A stretch of 64,000 nucleotides of DNA from Gemmatimonadota bacterium (GCA_003222155.1 QHUU01000059.1:77578-141577), one strand, 5' to 3'; shown: positions 36,909 to 45,978, counted from the stretch's first letter. Notes: generated by a model from the sequence alone, not told the origin. A program made the numbers and translations.

Positions 36909-36936
36909 GTAGGGGCGCAGCATGCCGCGCCCCTAC
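36909..36936. terminator. bidirectional hairpin terminator between convergent genes
   Basis: GTAGGGGCGC-agcatgcc-GCGCCCCTAC, a 10-bp perfect stem. The right arm overlaps the TAG stop of the S9 peptidase gene (36933-36935). Confidence 0.65.
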
Positions 36937-38936
36937 CGCTTCAGGTACTTGTCGTACCACGCCACGTACCGCTCCATCCGGTCGCGCAGGTGGCTCGGCT
37001 TGCTGATCCCGTGATGCTCCCCCGGGTAGATCACGAGCTGGGTCTCGACGCCGAGGCTTCGCAGCGCCTGATACATCTGCTCCGAGTTGAGCAATGGCAC
37101 GTTGAAATCCTTGTCGCCGCACAGGAACAGGGTCGGCGTGACGATCCGGTCGGCGTGCAGGAACGGGAACGACAGCTTGAGCCAGACGTCGGCGTGCTGC
37201 CACGGGACGCCCAGCTCCCCTTCGTATTCCCGCACGTACTGATCGGTGCCATAACCGGCCAGGATGTTCGAGGCCGAGGCACCGCTCACGGCGGCCTTGA
37301 AGCGCCGGTCCTGGGCGATCACGTAGTTCGTGAGAATCCCGCCGTAGCTCCACCCGCCCACCCCGAGCCGCGCGGGATCGGCCAGCCCCTGCGCCACCAC
37401 ATAGTCGACCGCCCCCAGGACGTCCTGCGCGTCCTTGTTCCCCCAATCGGCGTAGATCGCCGTCGCATAGCTCTCGCCGCGGCCCGAGCTGCCGCGCGGG
37501 TTCGCGACCACCACGAGGTAGCCGCGAGCCGCCAGCACCTGGAACAGATGGCTGAACTCGTGCTGGAACTGCGACACGGGGCCGCCGTGGATGCGCAGAA
37601 TCGCGGGGTAGCGCGTTCCCGCCCGGAAGTCCGGCGGCTTCACGACGAGGCCGTTCACCGTGGTGCCGTCGCGGCTCTTGAACGTGATGGCCTCCGTGGG
37701 TGCGAGCTTCACCTCGGTCAGCCATGCGTCGTTCTGGTGCGACAACGGGCGCAGCGCGGTCCCCGCGCCGTCCACCGCAAACACCTCGGCGGGCGCCTCC
37801 GGCGTGGAGACCGCCAGCGCGAGCCTCCCACCGGGCGCGGTGGTGAAGCCGGTGACGACCCGCGGTCCGGCGATCAGGCGCTCGATCGCCCCACCGGTGG
37901 CGGGAATGCGGGCCAGCTGCACGGTGCGGTCGTCTTCCAGCTGAAACAGGATCGCCGTCCCATCGGGCGACCACGTCGGGTTCGCCACGCTGCGGTCGAG
38001 CGCGGCAGTGAGAACGCGGGGCGCGCCGCCAGCGGCCGGGACCACCGCGAGTTTCTGTATGCCGTAGTAGATGAGCTTCAAAGGCCCACCCTGCAGGTAC
38101 GCGATCGAGCGAGCGTCCGGGCTCCACGCGGGGCGGCTCTCCGTGTCGGGATCGTTGTCCGGGCCCTCGAACGTCGTGAGCCGACGCGGCACGGCCCCCG
38201 GGACGGCGTCCATTACGTACAGGTCCCAGTTGTTGTCCCGGTCGAAATCCGCACGCCGCTTGCTCACGAACACGAGCGAGCGGCCGTCCGGCGACCACGC
38301 CGGGAGCAGCTCGTCGTACGGCCCCGGCGTGAGGATCGGGCCCTTCCCGGTCTCGACGTCGACCAGGTAGAGATGGCGCCGCTCCTTGCCGAGATAGCCG
38401 ATCTCCTCCTGCTTGAACTGGAAGCGGTCGATCACGATAGGGGCGGGCGTCTTGGCCTTGGCGGTGTCGGCGTCCCCGACCACGGCGGCGAGCCGTTTGC
38501 CATCGGGTGCCCACACGTAATCCTCGACGTCGCCGCCGAAACTCGTGAGCTTGCGGCCTTCGCCCCCCGAGCGATCGAGCAGCCAGACCTGCGCGTGCTC
38601 GTCCTCGCGGCTCGACAGGAACGCGAGCCAGCGTCCGTCAGGGCTCCAGCGCGGCGCGCTTTCGCCCTCTTTCGAATTGGTGAGACGCAGCGTGCGCGTG
38701 CCGTCCCAGCTCGTCATCCACACGGCGCCCGGCTGCTTGTCCTCCGTCGAATCGGCCCTGGCCACGGTGTACGCGACCCAGGCGCCGTCGGGGGAGAGCT
38801 GGGGATCGGCCACGTCGCGCAGCCGGAACAGATCCGTGACCGACACCGCGCGGGGCGCAGGGGCGGGGGCGGGCGCCTGCGCGCCGAGGCCGCTCGGGAC
38901 GAGCGCCAGGAGCGCGACGAGCAGCGACCGGATCAT
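36933..38936 (-). CDS. S9 prolyl oligopeptidase-family serine peptidase with an N-terminal TolB-like propeller
   Basis: 667 aa. It has the signal peptide MIRSLLVALLALVPSGLGAQA, PD40 repeats (LSPDGAWVAY, WSPDGRWLAF, WAPDGKRLAA), the catalytic GGWSYGG motif, and a C-terminal D/H region. Confidence 0.9.
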   Translation of the reverse strand: MIRSLLVALLALVPSGLGAQAPAPAPAPRAVSVTDLFRLRDVADPQLSPDGAWVAYTVARADSTEDKQPGAVWMTSWDGTRTLRLTNSKEGESAPRWSPDGRWLAFLSSREDEHAQVWLLDRSGGEGRKLTSFGGDVEDYVWAPDGKRLAAVVGDADTAKAKTPAPIVIDRFQFKQEEIGYLGKERRHLYLVDVETGKGPILTPGPYDELLPAWSPDGRSLVFVSKRRADFDRDNNWDLYVMDAVPGAVPRRLTTFEGPDNDPDTESRPAWSPDARSIAYLQGGPLKLIYYGIQKLAVVPAAGGAPRVLTAALDRSVANPTWSPDGTAILFQLEDDRTVQLARIPATGGAIERLIAGPRVVTGFTTAPGGRLALAVSTPEAPAEVFAVDGAGTALRPLSHQNDAWLTEVKLAPTEAITFKSRDGTTVNGLVVKPPDFRAGTRYPAILRIHGGPVSQFQHEFSHLFQVLAARGYLVVVANPRGSSGRGESYATAIYADWGNKDAQDVLGAVDYVVAQGLADPARLGVGGWSYGGILTNYVIAQDRRFKAAVSGASASNILAGYGTDQYVREYEGELGVPWQHADVWLKLSFPFLHADRIVTPTLFLCGDKDFNVPLLNSEQMYQALRSLGVETQLVIYPGEHHGISKPSHLRDRMERYVAWYDKYLKR

Positions 38937-38972
38937 GCGCGAAAAGCCTACGGCCCTTGCACTCCCCGTGCA

Positions 38973-39010
38973 AATGCATATTTTTCCGAAGGAATGAATA
39001 TTAATTCACC
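38973..39010 (+). promoter_or_regulatory. putative ArgR operator (ARG box) overlapping the argC start codon
   Basis: AATGAATATTAATTCACC (38993-39010) matches the 18-bp ARG-box consensus WNTGAATWWWWATTCANW at 15 of 16 defined positions. A weaker box, AATGCATATTTTTCCGAA, lies 2 bp upstream. The region is an AT-rich island in a GC-rich genome. Confidence 0.5.
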
Positions 39011-39953
39011 GGTGCCCGTGGGCGTCATGGGGGCCTCCGGCTACGTCGGGCAGGAGCTGCTGCGGCTGCTGACTCGGCATCCGGGGGCCGCGGTCGTGTT
39101 TGCCACCGCGCAATCGGCGGCGGGCGAGACGCTGGACGGCGTCACGCTGGTGCGCGTCGACGACGCCCCGCTCGCGCGCGTCGAGATCGTGCTGTCGGCG
39201 CTGCCGCACGGCGTGTCCGGTCGCTACGTGCGCGAGGCACGCGCCGCAGGAAAGCGCGCCGTCGACCTCTCGTCCGATTTCCGGCTCTCGCCCGAGGCGG
39301 TGTACGGCCTGACGGAGGTCACGCGGCCCCGGCTCCCGGCCGCCGAGCTGGTCGCGAACCCGGGCTGCTACCCGACCGCGGCGCTGCTCGCGTTGCTGCC
39401 GCTCGCACAGCACGGCCTGATCGACCAGTCGCGCGAGGTGGTGATCGACGCCGCCTCGGGCGTCACCGGCGCGGGCCGCACGCCCAGGCGGGAGCTGCTG
39501 TTCGGCGAGGTGGCCGAGGACTTCCGGGCCTACGGCGTGGGAAACGACCACCGTCACCTCCCCGAGCTGAAGGCCACGCTGGCGCGCGAGGGCGGCTTCA
39601 CGGGCGACCTGGTCTTCACGCCCCATCTGCTCCCCGTGAAGCGGGGGATTCTCGAGACGATCCACGTGCCCTTGACCCGGGTGGTCGACCAGGCCACGGC
39701 CGAGGGGATCTACGATGCCGTGTACGCCGCCGAGCCGTGCGTGAGGGTGCTGCGGGGCGCGCTGCCGTCGCTCAAAGACGTGGTGTACCGCAACCGGGTC
39801 GCCATCGGCGTAGCGCTCGTGGCCAACGTGCGCCGCCCACGACTCACCGTGATCGCGGCGATCGACAACCTCGTGAAGGGTGCCGCGGGACAGGCGATTC
39901 AGAACATGAACGTGATGCTCGGGTTGCCCGAGACGGCGGGACTGGTATGCTGA
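38994..39953 (+). CDS. argC: N-acetyl-gamma-glutamyl-phosphate reductase
   Basis: This is the tail of ORF 36897..39953, starting at ATG 38994. Motifs: VGVMGASGYVGQELLRLL, the active-site motif NPGCYPTA, and IDNLVKGAAGQAIQNMN. Confidence 0.9.
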   Translation: MNINSPVPVGVMGASGYVGQELLRLLTRHPGAAVVFATAQSAAGETLDGVTLVRVDDAPLARVEIVLSALPHGVSGRYVREARAAGKRAVDLSSDFRLSPEAVYGLTEVTRPRLPAAELVANPGCYPTAALLALLPLAQHGLIDQSREVVIDAASGVTGAGRTPRRELLFGEVAEDFRAYGVGNDHRHLPELKATLAREGGFTGDLVFTPHLLPVKRGILETIHVPLTRVVDQATAEGIYDAVYAAEPCVRVLRGALPSLKDVVYRNRVAIGVALVANVRRPRLTVIAAIDNLVKGAAGQAIQNMNVMLGLPETAGLVC

Positions 39954-40726
39954 GCCCGCGCGTCGTCAAGCTGGGCGGAAACGACCTCGATCGCCCCGGC
40001 TGGCTCGCGGCCTGCGCCCGGGCGTTGGTGCGCCTCGGTCCCGTCGTCGTGGTGCACGGCGGCGGGCGCGCGATCAGCGGGCTGTGCCGCAGGCTCGGCC
40101 TCACCGTCGAGCAGCGGGACGGCCTGCGGGTTACGACTCCCGAGGTCGCGGAGGTGGTGGAGCTCGTGCTGGCCGGCCCGGTGAACCGGCAGGTGGTCGC
40201 GGCGCTGCGCGCGGCGGGGCTCGACGCGGTCGGGTTGTCGGGCGTGGACGGTGGGCTGCTGGTCGCCTGTACTGCCGCGGGCGGGCTCGGGATGGTGGGG
40301 GAGATCGCGCAGGTGCGCGCTTCGCTGCTCGAGCGCCTCCTGCTCGCGGGCCTGACCCCCGTGATCGCGCCGATGGCTCCGGCAGCCGAGGGTGGCCTAC
40401 CGCTCAACGTCAACGCGGATGCCGCGGCAGCCGCGATCGCGGGCGCACTGCATGCCGCGGAGCTGCTGCTGGTCTCCGATGTGGCCGGCGTGCACGTGGA
40501 CGGTGTGCTGCGGCCTACGCTAGCTGCGGGGGATGTGGAAGCGCTGATCGACGCCGGCGCAGCGACCGAAGGCATGGCTGCGAAGCTCCGGGCCGCGGCG
40601 GCGGCACTCCGCGCCGGGGCCCGCGCCGTCCGCATCGGGGATGTGCGCCTGCTCGAAGACCCCGGCGCCGGCACGCGTCTCGTCGCCCCCGCCCCCGCCC
40701 CCGCTCCCGCCCCGCAACCGGCGTGA
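39947..40726 (+). CDS. argB: acetylglutamate kinase
   Basis: The ATG at 39947 overlaps the argC end. Motifs: VVKLGGN, VVVHGGG, NVNADAAAAAIA and TEGMAAKL. It ends in an (AP)n tail. Confidence 0.9.
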   Translation: MLSPRVVKLGGNDLDRPGWLAACARALVRLGPVVVVHGGGRAISGLCRRLGLTVEQRDGLRVTTPEVAEVVELVLAGPVNRQVVAALRAAGLDAVGLSGVDGGLLVACTAAGGLGMVGEIAQVRASLLERLLLAGLTPVIAPMAPAAEGGLPLNVNADAAAAAIAGALHAAELLLVSDVAGVHVDGVLRPTLAAGDVEALIDAGAATEGMAAKLRAAAAALRAGARAVRIGDVRLLEDPGAGTRLVAPAPAPAPAPQPA

Positions 40727-41886
40727 CCACGGTCCCTTCGGCGCTGTCGGCGCTGCTCGAAGTGTATTCCCGCGCCGGCCCCGTGTTCGTGGCGGGGAAC
40801 GGCGCGGAGCTCGTCGCCGACGACGGGACGCGGTATCTCGACTTCGTCGCCGGCATCGGCGTGAACGCGCTCGGCTACAACCACGCGGTCGTCCGCGGAG
40901 CAATCGAGCGGGCGCTGGGCTCCGGCCTCATCCATGTCTCCAACCTGTACCGCACGGAGGCGGGCGAGCGGCTCGCGGAGGAGCTCGTGGCGCGCTCGTT
41001 CGCCGATCGGGTGTTCTTCTGCAACTCGGGCGCCGAGGCGAACGAGGCCGCGTTCAAGTTCGTCCGCAAGTGGTCGGGCAAGCCGGAGATCGTCGCGTTC
41101 TCGGGCTCGTTTCACGGCCGGCTGTTCGCCACGCTCGCCGCCACCGACCGCCCCGAATACCGGAAGCCGTTCGAGCCCCTGGTGCCGGGCATCCGCATCG
41201 TGCCACGCGAGGACTGGGCGGCGGTGGATCACGCCGTTTCGGCGTCGCGCACGGCGGCGGTGATCGTGGAGCCGGTGCAGGGCGAGGGCGGGGTCCGGCC
41301 GGTGGATCCCGAGTGGCTCGGGTTCGTCCGGGAGCTGTGCGACTCGCGCGGCGTCGCGGTCATCTTCGACGAGGTACAATGCGGGCTGGGTCGCACCGGT
41401 GCGCTCTTCGCCTACGAGCAGACGGGCGTCGTGCCCGACGTGCTCACGCTCGCCAAGCCGCTCGCCGGCGGGCTGCCGATGGGGGCGGTGCTGCTCACGG
41501 GCGCCGTCGCGGCGGCGCTCAAGCCGGGCGATCACGCCACGACGTTCGGAGGCGGGCCGCTGGTCGCGGGCGTTGCCCTCGACGTGGTGCGCACGATCGC
41601 CGCGCCGGAGTTTCTCGCCGAGGTACGTCGCAAGGGGGAGTGGCTCGGCGGACGGCTCGCGAACCTGGGCGCGGGCGGCTCGCGCGTCGCGGAGGTGCGG
41701 GGACGCGGCTTGATGTGGGGTGTCGAGCTGACGGAGCCGGCGGCCCCGTTCGTCGCCGCGGCGCGCGAACGGCGGCTGCTCGTCGCGACGGCGGGGCCGA
41801 GCGTGCTGCGGCTGATCCCCCCCCTCGTCATCGCGCAGCGGGAGCTCGAGCGCGGCGTCGGCATTCTCGAGGAGGTGCTGGCGTGA
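40723..41886 (+). CDS. argD: acetylornithine aminotransferase (class-III PLP)
   Basis: The GTG at 40723 overlaps the argB stop (GTGA). Motifs: FFCNSGAEANEAAFK, FDEVQCGLGRTG, the PLP-Lys region DVLTLAKPLAGG, and TFGGGPL. Confidence 0.9.
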   Translation: MTTVPSALSALLEVYSRAGPVFVAGNGAELVADDGTRYLDFVAGIGVNALGYNHAVVRGAIERALGSGLIHVSNLYRTEAGERLAEELVARSFADRVFFCNSGAEANEAAFKFVRKWSGKPEIVAFSGSFHGRLFATLAATDRPEYRKPFEPLVPGIRIVPREDWAAVDHAVSASRTAAVIVEPVQGEGGVRPVDPEWLGFVRELCDSRGVAVIFDEVQCGLGRTGALFAYEQTGVVPDVLTLAKPLAGGLPMGAVLLTGAVAAALKPGDHATTFGGGPLVAGVALDVVRTIAAPEFLAEVRRKGEWLGGRLANLGAGGSRVAEVRGRGLMWGVELTEPAAPFVAAARERRLLVATAGPSVLRLIPPLVIAQRELERGVGILEEVLA

Positions 41887-42368
41887 CCGCTCTTCCCATA
41901 GCTGTCCACGGCGTCGCGGTGCGAGGCGCCGTGCTCGCCGATGTCCCGGCCCTCGAGACCCTCATGGCCCCGTACGTCGCAACCGGCGATCTGTTGCCGC
42001 GGAGCAACTACGACCTGTGCCGGCACATCAAGGAATACGCCGTCGCCGCCGCGCCGGGCGGCGAGATCGTGGGATGCGGCTCCCTCAAGATCTATTCGCG
42101 TGGCCTCGCCGAGGTCGCGGGCCTCGCCGTGCATCCGCAGTGGCAGGGGGCCGGTGTGGGGCGGGCGCTGCTCGAGACGCTCACCGCCGAGGCGCGCGCG
42201 CAGGGGCTGCACGAGGTGCTCGCCCTGACGCGCAAGCCCGCGTTCTTCTTGAAGCTCGGCTTCGTGCCCGCCGAACGCGAGCAGTTCCCGCTCAAGGTGT
42301 GGGCGGATTGTGCACGGTGTCCCAGGCAGAACTGCTGTGACGAAGTAGCAGTGGTGCTGAGGCTGTAG
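41883..42368 (+). CDS. GNAT acetyltransferase, probable short-form N-acetylglutamate synthase
   Basis: The GTG at 41883 overlaps the argD stop (GTGA). It has the GNAT acetyl-CoA motif VHPQWQGAGVGRALLE. Its position at the end of the arg operon suggests this role. Confidence 0.7.
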   Translation: MTALPIAVHGVAVRGAVLADVPALETLMAPYVATGDLLPRSNYDLCRHIKEYAVAAAPGGEIVGCGSLKIYSRGLAEVAGLAVHPQWQGAGVGRALLETLTAEARAQGLHEVLALTRKPAFFLKLGFVPAEREQFPLKVWADCARCPRQNCCDEVAVVLRL

Positions 42369-42375
42369 GCAAGGG

Positions 42376-42486
42376 AATAGCTAGACGCACCGGGGAAAAC
42401 AGACGTGAGCCAACGGAATACCTGTTCGCTCGCGCTGTTCACCTCTGTGCGTCTGCGCGTCTGTTGCGTCTGTGCGTCTAGCTGTT
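42376..42486. repeat. MITE-like element: 12-bp perfect (15-bp imperfect) terminal inverted repeats enclosing inverted arrays of the octamer CAGACGCA
   Basis: AGCTAGACGCAC at 42379-42390 and GTGCGTCTAGCT at 42472-42483 are inverted copies. Four tandem units of tgcgtct with 8-9-nt period lie at 42447-42480. Two inverted agacg units lie at 42383-42405. Confidence 0.7.
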
Positions 42487-42521
42487 GACACGTTCCCATA
42501 TCCTCGAAGAGATTCCTCGCC

Positions 42522-43187
42522 ATGCCCCGTGTCATCTTCTGGGATGTCGACACCCAGCACGACTTCATGCACGCCGACGGCAAGCTCTACGTACCGGAGG
42601 CGGAGCGGATCATCGGCAACCTGAAGCGCCTCACCGACTACGCCCACGGGCACGCCATTTGCTTGGTAGCAAGCGCCGACGACCACGTGATGCGCGACGC
42701 CGAGATCTCCGACACGCCGGACTGGAAGACCACCTTTCCGCCGCACTGCCTGCGGGGCACTCCCGGCCAGAAGAAGATTCCGGAAACGGCACTCCGCGAC
42801 CCGCTCGTGATCGAGCCGGGGCGGACCGATCCCAAGGCGCTCGGCGAGCGGGTGCGGGCGCACCGAGGAGACATTTTGCTCAATAAGCACCGTTTCGACG
42901 TGTTCACCAACGAAAACGTGCCGACCGTGCTCGACGTGCTGGCGCCCGACGACATCGTCCTGTACGGCGTGGCGACCGACGTGTGCAACAAGGCGGCGAT
43001 CGAGGGCCTGCTCGAGCGGCGGCCGCACACCCGCCTGTTCGTGGTCACCGACGCCGTGAAGGGCATCGACAAGGACGTGTCCGAGCAGCTGCTCAAGGAT
43101 TGGGGCGACGAGGGCGTGCGCCTCGTGAAAACCAGGGAAGTCGTGGAGGAGGGGCTCGTCGAGCATCTCGCCCGCGCCGCCGTATGA
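42522..43187 (+). CDS. isochorismatase-family cysteine hydrolase (nicotinamidase-like)
   Basis: 221 aa. Motifs: FWDVDTQHDF and the catalytic-Cys motif YGVATDVCNKAAI. Confidence 0.8.
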   Translation: MPRVIFWDVDTQHDFMHADGKLYVPEAERIIGNLKRLTDYAHGHAICLVASADDHVMRDAEISDTPDWKTTFPPHCLRGTPGQKKIPETALRDPLVIEPGRTDPKALGERVRAHRGDILLNKHRFDVFTNENVPTVLDVLAPDDIVLYGVATDVCNKAAIEGLLERRPHTRLFVVTDAVKGIDKDVSEQLLKDWGDEGVRLVKTREVVEEGLVEHLARAAV

Positions 43188-44293
43188 GCGCGGCCTCCGT
43201 CGCCACCGCCCCCGCCTTTGGGCGGTTTTTTCTGCCGGGTCCCACCGATGTCCATCCCGAGGTGCTGGCCGCGATGCAGCGCCCGATGATCGGGCACCGC
43301 TCCGGTGCCATGGAGCAGCTGCTCGGCCGGCTCGAAGCGCCGCTCGCCCGCCTGTTCCGCACGTCCCGTCCCGTGCTCGTCGGGACGACCTCGGCCACGG
43401 GCTTCATGGAGATGGCGGTGCGCAACGGCGTGCGGCACCGCGCCCTGTCGCTCGTGAACGGCTCGTTCAGCGAGCGCTTTGCGAACCTGGTCCGCGCGAG
43501 CGGCAAGGAAAGCATCCGGTTGGACGTGCCGCTGGGATGCGCGGTCGAGCCCGACATGCTGCGGGACGCCCTGCGGCGCTCCCCGGTGGACGCCGTCACC
43601 CTCGTCCACTCCGAAACATCCACCGGCGTGCTCCAGGACGTCGCAGCGCTCGCCGCCGTCGTGCGCGAGTTCGACGACGTGGTGCTGCTCGTGGACGCGG
43701 TGACGTCGCTGGCGGGCTCTCCCGTGGAGACCGATCGCTGGGGAGGCGCAGGAGGGCTCGACTTCGTCCTCACGGGATCGCAAAAGGCCCTCGCCCTCCC
43801 GCCGGGCCTCGCTCTGGGCGTCGCCTCCGAACGCATGGTCGAGCGGGCCAAGACGCTTCCCGGACGCGGGCTGTACTTCGACCTGGTGAGCTTCCTCGAA
43901 GCGACCACCAAGCACCAGCCGACCAACACGCCCGCCGTCTCCCTGCTGTTCGCGCTCGAGACGCAGCTTGCCCGGATCGAGCGCGAGGGCGGGGTGGAGG
44001 CGCGGTGGCGCCGTCACGACGCCATGCGCCGCCGCGTCGAGGAGTGGAGCGGGCAGCACGGCGTCGCGTACCTGCCGCGCGAACAGCGCCGCAGCTGGAC
44101 CGTCTCCTGCCTCAAGCTTCCCGAGGGCAAGACGTCGAAGCCCATCGTGGCTGCGTTGAAGCAGGCGGGCTGGACCATCGGCGCGGGCTACGGCTCCCTC
44201 AAAGAGTCGACCATCCGCATCGGCCACATGGGCGACCACACGGTCGCGGCGCTGGACGAGCTGCTGGCGCTGCTCGCCGGGCTCGTCGCGTGA
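43184..44293 (+). CDS. class-V aminotransferase (serine-glyoxylate / phosphoserine aminotransferase type)
   Basis: The ATG at 43184 overlaps the upstream stop (ATGA). The PLP-Lys motif is TGSQKALALPPG. Translational coupling to serA suggests a role in serine biosynthesis. Confidence 0.85.
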   Translation: MSAASVATAPAFGRFFLPGPTDVHPEVLAAMQRPMIGHRSGAMEQLLGRLEAPLARLFRTSRPVLVGTTSATGFMEMAVRNGVRHRALSLVNGSFSERFANLVRASGKESIRLDVPLGCAVEPDMLRDALRRSPVDAVTLVHSETSTGVLQDVAALAAVVREFDDVVLLVDAVTSLAGSPVETDRWGGAGGLDFVLTGSQKALALPPGLALGVASERMVERAKTLPGRGLYFDLVSFLEATTKHQPTNTPAVSLLFALETQLARIEREGGVEARWRRHDAMRRRVEEWSGQHGVAYLPREQRRSWTVSCLKLPEGKTSKPIVAALKQAGWTIGAGYGSLKESTIRIGHMGDHTVAALDELLALLAGLVA

Positions 44294-45885
44294 GCGTTCG
44301 CGTGGTAGTGGCGGATCGCGTCACCGACGCAGGGCTCAAGCTGCTCGCGGCGACCCCGGATATCGAGGTCGTGAACTGCGCCGGCAAGCCGCGCGACGAG
44401 CTCGAGCGGGCGCTCGGCGGCGCGCACGCCCTCATCGTTCGCAGCGAGACGCGGGTCACCGCGGACCTGCTCACGCACGGCCCCGGGCTCCGCGTGATCG
44501 CCCGCGCCGGCACCGGCGTGGACAACATCGACGTGCACGCGGCCACGCGGCGCGGCGTCGCGGTCATGAACGCGCCGGGCGCCAATACCGTCAGCGCCGC
44601 AGAGCACGCGATGGGCCTGCTGCTTGCGCAAGTCCGCCACATTCCGTGGGCCGCAGAGGCGATGCGACGCGGCGAATGGGACCGCAAACGCTTCGAGGGG
44701 ACCGAGCTCCGTGGCAAGACGATCGGTATCGTCGGCCTGGGCCGCATCGGCGGGCACGTGGCGCAGCTCGCCCGCGCGTTCGGCATGCACGTGGTAGGGC
44801 ACGACCCCTACCTCTCTCCCGAGCGCGCCACGGAGCTGCAGCTCAAGCTGCTGCCGCTCGACCAGCTGCTCCGCCAGGCGGACGTGGTCACCTTGCACGT
44901 GGCGCACACGGAGCAGACGCACCACCTGATCAACGCCGAGCGCTTGAAGCTCATGAAGCCCACCGCGGTGCTCGTGAACACGGCGCGCGGTGAGCTGGTG
45001 GACGCCGTGGCCCTGGCCGAGGCGATCGGGGAGAAGCGCATCGGTGGCGCGGCGCTCGACGTGTTCGCGGTCGAGCCGCTCCCCGCCGACTCGCCGCTCC
45101 GCAAGCTCGAGCGCGTGATCCTCACGCCCCACCTCGCCGCGTCCACCGCGGAGGCGCAGGAGCGCGTGAGTCTGGAGATCTGCGGCGCCGTGCGCGACGC
45201 GCTGCTCGCCGGTGACCTGTCGTTCGCGATCAACGTGCCCGGCATTTCGGGCGACCTCTTGCGGCGCCTCGGGCCGCTGCTCGACCTGGCGCGCCGCCTG
45301 GGCCGGCTGGCGCTGGCACTCGTGGACGGACCGGTCACCGCCGTCGAGGTGGACTACGGCGGCAAGGACGAGGCGGCGCCGCGACCGGTCCTGATGGCCG
45401 CGGTAGAGGGTCTGCTCTCGGCCATGAACGTCGAGCCTGTGAGTCTGGTGAACGCGCTGCTCATCGCGGAGGAGCGCGGGGTGCGCCACGCGCGCAAGAC
45501 CGGAACGCCCGAGCCCGGCTTCGAGACGACCGTGGGCGTGACGCTCGAGGCGGCGCGCGGGCGCGCGCGTGTGGCGGGTGCCGTGCTGGGAAACGGCTAT
45601 GGACGCGTGATTCGCATCGACGACTACCACGTCGACGTGGCGCCCGAGGGCTGGATGCTCGTGATCCGGAACCGGGACGTGCCCGGCGTCATCGGCCGGG
45701 TCGGCACGCTGCTCGGCGGGGCCGGGATCAACATCGGCAGCTACCACCAGGCACGAGTGCCCTTCCCGGGGCACGACGCGCTCGCGGCCATCACCGTGGA
45801 TCAGCCGCTCAGGAACGGCGTGCTCGACGAGCTCGCCCGGGTGCCGGACATCCAGCTGGTCCGGCTCGTGAACTTCGGGGACTGA
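44290..45885 (+). CDS. serA: D-3-phosphoglycerate dehydrogenase (long form with ASB and ACT domains)
   Basis: The GTG at 44290 overlaps the upstream stop (GTGA). Motifs: GIVGLGRIGGHVA, NTARGELVD, TPHLAAST, and C-terminal ACT-like VIRNRDVPGVIGRVGTLLG. Confidence 0.92.
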   Translation: MSVRVVVADRVTDAGLKLLAATPDIEVVNCAGKPRDELERALGGAHALIVRSETRVTADLLTHGPGLRVIARAGTGVDNIDVHAATRRGVAVMNAPGANTVSAAEHAMGLLLAQVRHIPWAAEAMRRGEWDRKRFEGTELRGKTIGIVGLGRIGGHVAQLARAFGMHVVGHDPYLSPERATELQLKLLPLDQLLRQADVVTLHVAHTEQTHHLINAERLKLMKPTAVLVNTARGELVDAVALAEAIGEKRIGGAALDVFAVEPLPADSPLRKLERVILTPHLAASTAEAQERVSLEICGAVRDALLAGDLSFAINVPGISGDLLRRLGPLLDLARRLGRLALALVDGPVTAVEVDYGGKDEAAPRPVLMAAVEGLLSAMNVEPVSLVNALLIAEERGVRHARKTGTPEPGFETTVGVTLEAARGRARVAGAVLGNGYGRVIRIDDYHVDVAPEGWMLVIRNRDVPGVIGRVGTLLGGAGINIGSYHQARVPFPGHDALAAITVDQPLRNGVLDELARVPDIQLVRLVNFGD

Positions 45886-45978
45886 CCGCTCGCCGGGTCC
45901 AGCGGCCTGTCGCCCCTCTTCCGCTCGTCGGCTTCCGGCGCTACATCATGGCGACGCTCCCCTACCCTCGGAGATTCT

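Noticed and set aside
38855-38885. (GCC CCT/GCG CCC)n stretches encoding APAPAPAP, here and at 40690-40722
   Set aside because: These are ordinary Ala-Pro linker or tail low-complexity segments in the S9 peptidase N-terminus and the ArgB C-terminus. The DNA copies are not identical and have no flanking structure.
36897-38993. 5' two-thirds of ORF 36897..39953
   Set aside because: This part is antisense to the S9 peptidase gene. Only the segment from ATG 38994 has ArgC homology, a ribosome-binding context and an upstream promoter or operator island.
42440-42483. Octamer array, and the heptamer arrays at 7088-7118, 12289-12317 and 62945-62973, considered as a possible CRISPR array
   Set aside because: The units are only 7-9 nt and directly abutting, with no spacers. 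No cas genes are present in the window. These are microsatellite-like arrays, not CRISPR.
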